From Octopus vulgaris (Eukaryota): 64,000 nt of DNA. A program made the position numbers and the translations under genes. Of the stretch, positions 54,601 to 64,000 are shown one piece after another (the first letter of the stretch is position 1; each line of letters begins with the position of its first letter). Location of the stretch: NCBI GenBank assembly GCA_951406725.2, contig OX597817.1:2604001-2668000 (forward strand), given 5' to 3'. Under the pieces are notes generated by a model. That model did not search any database. It was not told the origin of the DNA and worked only from the letters and a program-made list of their open reading frames with translations.

Positions 54601-55072
54601 GGATCTTTTCGGTTTGAACGGCAGTTTTTTCTAGCAGTGTCATATGAAGTTGTCACCCATAATTGTGACCCTAGTATCGATCTATTGCTTTTCAATCTGT
54701 TTTAGGGTTAGGGTTAGTTAGGGTTAGGGTTAGGGTTAGAGTTTGGGTTAGGGTTAGGGTTAGGGTTAGGGGTGGGGGGGGGAAGGGTATCTTTTTTTCT
54801 TCAGAAATGTAAATAAACCCAATCTGTTTTTTAAACGAGGGACATATTCATACGGCACAGAATGTTTTTTAACTCAATGGACGTCATCGATTGGTTGAAA
54901 TTGCAGAAATTGAAAAAAATGTCTTACAAATATCTTACAACCTATAGAATTTTCTCAATAAAGCCAAGAGAAAAAGATGTTTTATAAACACATTCTACCA
55001 GTATACGAAGTTTAACATTTTTTAGTTACCTAGAAATTATGTTAAAAACTGCCGTTCAAACCGAAAAGATCC
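54601..55072. mobile_element. MITE with 28-bp TIRs, 8-bp TSD and internal (TTAGGG)n; Merlin-like termini
   Basis: TIRs GGATCTTTTCGGTTTGAACGGCAGTTTT / AAAACTGCCGTTCAAACCGAAAAGATCC with perfect TSD AATGCATG at 54593-54600 and 55073-55080. Confidence 0.92.
54702..54771 (+). repeat. Interstitial telomere-like (TTAGGG)n tract, about 11 units with some variants
   Basis: Directly visible. Confidence 0.92.
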
Positions 55073-55555
55073 AATGCATGAATAATTTGACCTCGGATAC
55101 CTAACAGGGTCTTCATTTTATATTTTTATTACAAATAAATAATATTATCTTATATATATATATGATTCACTTCTTTAAAAAGGTTTTTCAACCTCAGCTT
55201 CCGGTATTGACATAGCAACTACCTAATCAATATTAATTCGTTGCAGGAAAATGTTTTCCGTTTTCATTTGCGAAACCTCTCTCTACTTTAATGTTTTCAT
55301 TTCAAATTTTCATTCACTATTTGCAAACAACTACAATAAATTATTGAAAGAAATATTTACTAAACAAGTGAGATATTTCATAAATAGAAATTTTCAAGAA
55401 AATTTAAAATTTACTCCTTGAACTTCATTTTATTATTGAATATTTCAAGTTCACAAATTTAAATGTTTAGTACAAGATAGCTTTTAACGACCTTTTATTT
55501 AAACGATTTGTTCCTTTCGTGTTTATTTTATTCATTGCTTGCAATGTTCTCTCTC

Positions 55556-55599
<44 letters not shown>

Positions 55600-55790
55600 A
55601 CACACACGTATTGTCTCTCTAATATAAACGCACACATTGTCTCCGTAATATAAACACACACATTCTCCAGGTTTGATTTCTTTATTACACAAATATCCCA
55701 CGAGAATTTTGCAATTGAACATGAAGCGGCCAAAAACAATATGGGCATTCTTTCGCTTGAACCCGCACACTTCGTTAATTTCCTACGAAT

Positions 55791-56184
55791 GTGGATGGAT
55801 GGAAGCACTCCGTCGGTTACGACGACGAGGGTTCCGGTTGATCCGATTCAACGGAACAGCCTGCTCGCGAAATTAACGTGCAAGTGGCTGAGCACTCCAC
55901 AGACACGTGTACCCTTAACGTAGTTCTCGGGGATATTCAGCGTGACACAGAGAGTGACAAGGCCGGCCCTTTGAAATACAGGTACAACAGGAACAGGAAG
56001 TAAGAGTGAGAGAAAGTTGTGGTGAAAGAGTACAGCAGGGATCACCACCATCCCCTGCCGGAGCCTCGTGGAGCTTTTAGGTGTTTTCGCTCAATAAACA
56101 CTTACAACGCCCGGTCTGGGAATCGAAACCACGATCCTATGACCGCGAGTCCGCTGCCCTGACCACTGGGCCATTGCGCCTCCA
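55791..56184 (-). mobile_element. Full-length young SINE family C
   Basis: TSD CCTACGAAT and (TCCA)n tail. Nearly identical to 23359-23747. Confidence 0.92.
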
Positions 56185-56507
56185 CCTACGAATTTGTAGC
56201 CAGTCAGACACGCACACATGTGTTTTTGTATGTACGTTTGTATACATTTATGTGTGTGTATGATAGAGAGACAGACAGACAGAGTCAGTGAAGGAGTGCG
56301 TTGTCATGTATAGGTACATACATAAATACATATGTATATGTATGTGTGCGTGTGTGTCTGTGTGTGAGACAGGGAGAGAGAGAGAGAGTGTGATGTCTAA
56401 GTGGTACTCTCTCTCCCTCGCGCGCACACAGACATACAAAAAAGATGCATGCATATTTATTTATGTATGTATAGATGAACACACAACCCTTCATACACAC
56501 ACACACA

Positions 56508-56538
<31 letters not shown>

Positions 56539-56644
56539 TCTCTCTCTCTCACACACACACACACTCACGTCCATTTCATATACACATGCATGCATCTTTT
56601 ACTTTCTTCTCGCTTTCAGCTTGGAACAAAAGTAAATACATAAG

Positions 56645-56836
56645 AAAAATTTGAGGTGAGGGAGTAAGTCTATTACAATGACCCCCAGTACTCAGTTGGC
56701 ATTTATTTTATCTACCCCAAAAAGCATGAAAGGCAAAGTCGACCTTGGCGGAACTTGAGCTCAGAACATAAAGACGGACGAAATGCCGCTAAGCATTGTA
56801 CCTTGAGCGGTAACGATTCTGCTAAGCTCGCCGCCT
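56645..56836 (-). mobile_element. SINE family B monomer
   Basis: ATGAAAGGCAAAGTCGACCTTGGCGGAACTTGAGCTCAGAAC..GCTCGCCGCC. Confidence 0.8.
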
Positions 56837-57469
56837 TACCTCAACACATAATATCAATACAGAGATACTTCCCTCCGCACCATTGACATGCATATATACA
56901 CACGCGCGAACACTCGCACACCCACGCAGTAGGACATTCAATCACTCCCTTGCTTTCTAAAGTTGATAAGCAAGAACCAAATGTACTGTATATACTCATC
57001 ACCATGGTACACCATTGAATTTGTTAATTGTATACAGACCTTTTATTAGAGAGGATGGTTCATCAGAGGAATTTTAGAAAAAAATTGAGAAAATACTTAA
57101 AGATGAAATGAGGATGGGAAGAGAGGAGTGAGAGAACGGAGTACTAAGTAACGTATTTGGAATATAAACGAATAGAATTGAAATTAAATTCACTTGGTAT
57201 ATTGTTATGTAGCTAAAGGTTATTGCACCAAAATGACTAAGTTCAGTGTCTCTCTCTGCATATGCATGGCTGTTATAGGGAATGGCATATGTTTACGTTA
57301 CAAACACATTCACACGCACAAACACGTACACACACGCACACATTTAGGAATGTATACAAACATACTTACATAGAAACACACACACACATACACTCATACA
57401 TATACACATATATATGTACGTATAATAATATAAATAATATATAAATATATGCATATGTACATACATATA

Positions 57470-57643
57470 TGTACATACCTACATCTATATGTATATATAC
57501 ATGCATATATGGGTACAGGACATAAAAAAAACGTTGAACACAATGAGAAACGAAAACATAAAAACAAAAACATGGAAACGAACTTGTTTTCAAACAACGA
57601 AAAAACAGAGTACAAGACATACAACACAAGGAATATTCTCCTT
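57470..57643 (-). repeat. Second copy of the dispersed repeat at 11726-11890
   Basis: Direct homology to that locus. Confidence 0.75.
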
Positions 57644-57646
57644 ATA

Positions 57647-57799
<153 letters not shown>

Positions 57800-58283
57800 G
57801 GATGATACACACATATATGGCTCTATGTAAAAACATGGTTGCATGTATACTTATCACCATAGTACATGTGATAGGTAGGACTGAACATATTCTCTAACAT
57901 TATTTACATGCCTTTCATCCTCTCAGCGTCGAGAAAATAAGTACCAGTCAGATACTGGGGTTGATGTAAAAGACTTGTTCCTTTCCAACAAGATTTCAGG
58001 TGTTGTTTGCCAGTATAAAGGATTATTCACAGCAAAAACTAATTTCAGCCAAGTTTGCGTTTTCTTCGGTTCATTCCTGATGTACGGCACTGTAAGCAAG
58101 TTCTTTCTACTATACTTCCCGGGCGACCAAACCAATCTCTTTTATGGGCGTTTGATAGACGGAAACTGTGTTGAAGCCCACCGTACATTTATTTGAAAGA
58201 GAGAGATAGAGAGAGAGAGAGAGAAAGTGTGTGTATGTGTGTGTGTTTGTTTGTTTGTGAGTGTGTGTGTGTGTGTGTGCGTG

Positions 58284-58364
<81 letters not shown>

Positions 58365-59474
58365 CGTGTGTGTTTCCCCACCGCAGCTTGATAACTGATG
58401 GTTTGCTTGCGTAAAAAAGACCGATTCACCGATAGATTGAGTATCAGATTTTAAAAAAAAGCACAGGGATCGATGATTTGTACGACTAAACCATTGAACG
58501 CATTGCTCCAGCATGATCGCAGTGCAATGAATAAAATGAGTAAACATTAAAAATTTTAAAAGTTAAAAACCTATGAATAGGCTAGAAAGATCAAAGTCTG
58601 CTATTCAACTTCGTCTCCCTTGTTCACTGCTTGGAAGGATTGGGTCAAGGACACAACACAGCATCGGTAAAGGAAACCTGAACCCTGTCTCTTCGGCTTC
58701 TTTGATCTTCTCTCGATTGGGTCAAAAGTGGATTTTATCCAATTAGCGTAGACCAAATTAACACCACACATAAAGTCGTCAAATTTCGATTAATGATCCC
58801 CTTATTACTTTTGGATTTTCCTTGCGGTAAATCAAGAACTATTTCATCGTTGCAATTATATAAATGCAAGAATATCAAACGTTTTGCCAATTCCTGTTAA
58901 TATATGTTAATGTTCTTCTTTTTTTGAAAGTTAATTGTGTGTATTTTGGCAGATAACACAACAATAATAACTAGTGAATGGCGAGCTGTATTACTGAGGC
59001 AATTACGACCACAAAATATAGATTAGCGATATTTATTGCTGATTAATATATTGGTATGGCATGAGAGCAACGCAGAGCAAGATGTAAGCTTCCGGCAATT
59101 AGAGATTACGACGCGATTTCAATCTCCTGTTGAAAACTTTTCATTTCGTTTCCACTGCTTTTCTTGTATTAATATACATTGACTTTCTGATTGGCAAAAA
59201 CTAATAGACAAGGATTGGGTCGATAGGTTTGCTTCGTGACGTAAATTACGTAATGACAAAGGCAGTTAACACTAAAATTATCTACTCCGAGGAAGGCAGT
59301 TATCATGGGTATAGACGTCGACTGCGTGCAACGAAAACACTGAATATAGTTTTTATATTGATATTACACAATAATCTTCAACTAATTTTAATAAGCAGTT
59401 TAAAGTTTAATGAGAATTACAGTTTTGAAAGAGAAGTGCAATGTAAGTGAAGTGAAAATGAAGTGCAATGTAAA

Positions 59475-59563
59475 GGTTCAGTCCCACTGCGTGGAACCTT
59501 GGGCACGTGTCTTCTACTATAGCTTCGTTAGTGGAATTGGTAGACGGAAACTGAACAAAGCCC

Positions 59564-59612
<49 letters not shown>

Positions 59613-59785
59613 TGGGGTTGTCAGTGTTTGTCCCCACCCCAAGTTTCGCCTGGCAACCGGTTCGGCAAGGAGACCGATAGATTTAATACTAGGCTTACAA
59701 AGAATAAGTCCTGTGGTCGATTTGTTCGACTAAATGTGGTGCTGCAGCATGGCTGCAGTCAAATAACTGAAGCAAATAAAAGGAA
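59475..59785 (+). mobile_element. SINE family A (other decayed copies at 58140-58545 and 60340-60455)
   Basis: Homology to the other family A copies. Confidence 0.75.
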
Positions 59786-59802
59786 GAATCTATCTATCTA
59801 CC

Positions 59803-59854
<52 letters not shown>

Positions 59855-60474
59855 CGCACACACAGACGATAAGCAAACTAAACATCTATTTAGAGCAACA
59901 ATGGAAAGAAACTCGACAGAATTTCTTTTGTTTTGTAATTGTAATTCTAGTACCAGATGCACCATGGTACAATAGTTGCAGATGAATGAATCTCACACAC
60001 AAACAAAAGGAAAAAAAAAACTTCAAAAATATGTTTTGTGTTCGGTAGCAATAGTAATTTATAAGTATTGTTATTCTGTTGGAAATAAATAAAATCGTAA
60101 ACAGGTTATATTTACATTAATTAGGGGGACTGACTTGAAATCTTGGAAGCTAAATGGAATTCTAAAGTAGTTTTTCACTTTCAGTGCTTATTGTATCTCA
60201 ACGTCCTGTCAGAGGAACAATAGAGTTAATAAGGGGAAAACAAATGATGGAGTATGCTTAGGGTGTGATTATGTACATATGTATATAGTTGCGGGCATCG
60301 TTAAACCCAGAACCTTGTGATTGCTTTCTAGGAATATAGTTCTGGGTAGAGGCCCACTGCGTGGCGCCTTAGACAAGTGTCTTCCGCTATTGCCTCGGAC
60401 ATACCAAATCCCTGTGATTGGATTTGGTAGACTGAAACTGAAAGAAGCCCGCCATATTTACACATCCATCCATC

Positions 60475-60518
<44 letters not shown>

Positions 60519-60638
60519 AATATAAGAGAGTGTATAAAATTTTATCATAATCCAGGTTTTTTTGTGCACTGGGTCACTTGGTGCTAAATGGATGTACTAT
60601 TAAATTAGCATCCAATTTTCTCACCCTTATTAATTGAT

Positions 60639-60680
<42 letters not shown>

Positions 60681-61490
60681 GGCGCAGGCATGGCTGTGTG
60701 AATAAGAAACTTGCTTTCCAACCACATGCTTCTGTGTTCAGTCCCACTGCGTGGAACCTTGGGAAAATAACTTCTACTGTAGCCTCGGGCCGACCAAAGC
60801 CTTGTGAGTGGATTTGGTAGACGGAAACTGGAAGAAGTCCGTCGTATATATATACATATATATATATATGTATATAAGTGTATATGCATGTATGTATGTA
60901 TGTATGTATGTATGTATGTATGTATGTATGTATGTATGTATGTATGTATGTATGTATGTATGTATGTATGTATGTATGTATGTATTTATGTATTGTATGT
61001 TTGTATGTATGTATGTATGTATGTATGTATGTATGTATGTATGTATGTATGTATGTATGTATGTATGTATGTATGTATGTATGTATGTATGTATGTATGT
61101 ATGTATGTATGTATGTATGTATGTATGTATGTATGTATGTATGTATGTATGTATGTATGTATGTATGTATGTATGTATGTATGTATGTATGTATGTATGT
61201 ATGTATGTATGTATGTATGTATGTATGTATGTATGTATGTATGTATGTATGTATGTATGTATGTATGTATGTATGTATGTATGTATGTATGTATGTATGT
61301 ATGTATGTATGTATGTATGAATGTATGTATGTATGTATGTATGTATGTATGTATGTATGTATGTATATGTATGCGTGAGTGGTTTGTCTTTGTGCCTGTG
61401 TTTGTCCCTTACCACCGCTTGATAACGGGTGTTGATGTGTTTATGTACCCACTACTTAAAGGTTTGACAAAAAGTGATCGATAGAATTAG
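60681..61490 (+). mobile_element. SINE family A with a ~500-bp expanded internal (TATG)n
   Basis: 5' half at 60681-60845, microsatellite to about 61375, 3' half from 61380. Confidence 0.85.
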
Positions 61491-61689
61491 TAGAAAATGT
61501 GCTGAAATCGATGCATATGTGTATTTGCAGGGAGACCGATATATATACCATGATATATAAAGGAAAGATCCAAGGATCCAGGGGTAGGAAGTCAGTAAGC
61601 TTCGAGCAGTCTGTGGAAGGTATAAAAATAACTTTCAAGAACAATAGTGGTTTATTGACGCAGATGATTGTAATTTTTTTTTTTTCGTA

Positions 61690-62030
61690 TCGAAGTTCGA
61701 TAAGTTGATAAAATTGGTTTATAGCTTACGGTTAGCAACAAGGTTTACTTTGCATTCGAATAGAAATCCAAAATTAGGAAATGGAACAGATGAAAACCCA
61801 GCCTACATGTTTCTTGGCAAGCAGAATACCAAAAGTAATTATCCAAACGATGAGTAATTCGCTAGCTACGCTTTGGGTCAAGGATATTTTAATCAAATGA
61901 AGTTTACATTTTCGTTCAATCGAATCTCCTGCAAGTGTACATGGGAACCCTTGACGACAATGTAAACTCGTTTTGATCAAAGTATATTTGGCCCAACGAG
62001 TAACTAGTGGATTATTTCTCGTTTGCGTAA
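61690..62030 (-). pseudogene. Possible very decayed PLE reverse transcriptase fragment
   Basis: Weak remnants FDQNEF..RVPMYT (GVAMGT), HRLDNYF (RYIDDxF), SSVPF and TVSYKP occur in order. Confidence 0.3.
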
Positions 62031-62105
62031 CCACTACTTCCGAGGTTCTGATAGTTATGAAACATATGTAGCCTCGATTTTATCTACACCATTCCCTAAT
62101 TTGGG

Positions 62106-62226
<121 letters not shown>

Positions 62227-62301
62227 CATAGATATATATGTGTATATATATACATATATGTATATATATAAATATATATATGTATACATACTTATACAGA
62301 A

Positions 62302-62342
<41 letters not shown>

Positions 62343-62349
62343 CATATAC

Positions 62350-62877
62350 ATACCGGAGTAAACACATAAATGTGAAACAAGGTGGAAAAAAGAGTACTCA
62401 AATACCAGTGGTAGAGTAATATGCTTTATTTTAAGCAGCAGAAAATTCAACAAAATCTGTTACTCTGAGTTTCTCGTTGCTGTTCATCAGACAGTTTTTG
62501 CTAGAATGGAACTGATATATCAATTCAATCTAGACTCTTACAAATGCTACACCTTTAAAAAGAAATGGACTTGTTTGATTGGCCCTTTAGAAAAAACCGT
62601 CAATCTTCGAGCGATAAACAAAAAGGTCAAAAATATATGTATATATATATATATATATATAAAAACTTATAAAAATTATAAAATCCGAGGAAAAAACCTT
62701 ACATTGAATAAAATACATATTGACGTTAATGAAGAAAGTATAAATTAATGCATAAAAATTAAACCTGTTATAAATATTACACTGCAATACATATTTATAT
62801 TAAAATGTACATATATTCACGCAAACCATCTCGCACGCAAGTTAAAAATCATCTATGTAGCGATTCTCATATACTGA
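62350..62877 (-). mobile_element. Left arm of a long inverted repeat, hammerhead-bearing and pseudo-LTR-like
   Basis: 62425-62877 is the near-identical reverse complement of 63457-64000. Confidence 0.9.
62450..62501 (-). ncRNA. Minimal type I hammerhead ribozyme with a stem II mismatch
   Basis: Minus strand reads CTGT-CTGATGA-ACAGCAACGA-GAAA-CTCAGAG-TA-ACAG. Confidence 0.65.
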
Positions 62878-63456
62878 GCAAGGGGGGGGGGGCGAAAGAA
62901 AGGAAGAGAGAGAAAAAGGAACGAAGGAGGAGTGGGGAAAAAAACGAAATAAGAAAAAATTATGCATACAAGCTGTGTAACGGCATTATTGGCATATATG
63001 GAGACAAGTATACAAACACAAGTTCGAATGGATACATATACATACAGTCGTGTATATGTGTGCTTAAGTACAAACATACTCTCACTTACACATACACAGA
63101 TACGCATGCTTACAAATACATATCCTTGGCTATACACATACTTATATCAACATTCTAATTTTGACAACATTGCTTTTTTAAAAAAAACATTGCTTTTTTT
63201 TAAAAAATGGGTGCATTAATAAAAATATATACGAAAGACATATAAAATAAAATATAACACCCTATTTTGGATCATTTATAAATAATCAAGGTAATATAAA
63301 TAATCAAGGTAATCCTATACAATACAATAAAATGAAAACAAGGTCGAAGGTTTTTCCTAATGTATATGTAGAAACATAAGACTTTGCTATACGGATTAAG
63401 ATCCGCATCGCTTGGAAACAAAATCCATCGTAGCGCTCATCGTTCAAGAGTCAAAA

Positions 63457-64000
63457 TCAGTATATGAGAATCGCTACATAGATGATTTTTAGCTTGCGTG
63501 CGAGATGGTTTGCGTGAATATATGTACACATGCATTTATGTGTATATTTAGATTTATATTCATACGTTTGTATATGTATGGCGTTTGCGCGCATCCTTTT
63601 GTGTATGTTGATATATATATGTACATTTTAATATAAATATGTATTGCAGTGTAATATTTATAACAGGTTTAATTTTTATGCATTAATTTATACTTTCTTC
63701 ATTAACGTCAATATGTATTTTATTCAATGTAAGGTTTTTTCCTCGGATTTTATAATTTTTATAAGTTTTTATATATATATATATACATATATTTTTGACC
63801 TTTTTGTTTATCGCTCGAAGATTGACCGTTTTTTCTAAAGGGCCAATCAAACAAGTCCATTTCTTTAAAGGTGTAGCGTTTGTAAGAGTCTAGATTGAAT
63901 TGATATATCGGTTCCATTCTAGCAAAAACTGTCTGATGAACGGCAACGAGAAACTCAGAGTAACAGATTTTGTTGAATTTTCTGCTGCTTAAAATAAAGT
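63457..64000 (+). mobile_element. Right arm of the long inverted repeat, running off the window end
   Basis: Inverted match to the left arm, plus 97 extra bp at 63529-63625. Confidence 0.9.
63922..63973 (+). ncRNA. Minimal type I hammerhead ribozyme
   Basis: GCAAAAACTGT-CTGATGA-A-CG-GCAA-CG-A-GAAA-CTC-A-GAG-TA-ACAGATTTTGT. Full conserved core, about 10-bp stem I, GCAA-capped stem II and a GUA cleavage site at 63960-63962. Confidence 0.78.

Noticed and set aside
54702-54771. True telomere or chromosome fusion point
   Set aside because: The tract is short, single-orientation and enclosed by MITE TIRs and a TSD.

Overview
This is AT-rich eukaryotic, repeat-saturated DNA, intronic or intergenic. 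The SINE and LINE repertoire suggests a cephalopod such as Octopus; that is inferred from family recognition, not from a search. I found no intact host gene, and most listed ORFs are translations of microsatellites. The window is a mosaic of decayed transposons. Non-LTR elements include HERO, R4/Dong-like, RTE, CR1-type and Penelope-like (PLE) remnants. DNA elements include DD41D mariners, a Tc1, two non-autonomous Helitrons and an 8-bp-TSD MITE carrying (TTAGGG)n. There are also three tRNA-derived SINE families and a 6-copy ~190-bp satellite. The most notable signal is a set of minimal type I hammerhead ribozyme (HHR) motifs in non-coding PLE pseudo-LTR-like modules. Two of these module pairs form long inverted repeats (19.1/21.9 kb and 62.4/64.0 kb), and in each pair one arm has the better-preserved ribozyme. 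Also notable are R4/Dong-like elements found only within or beside (TAA)n or (TACA)n microsatellites. Family assignments come from motifs read by eye and were not database-verified.
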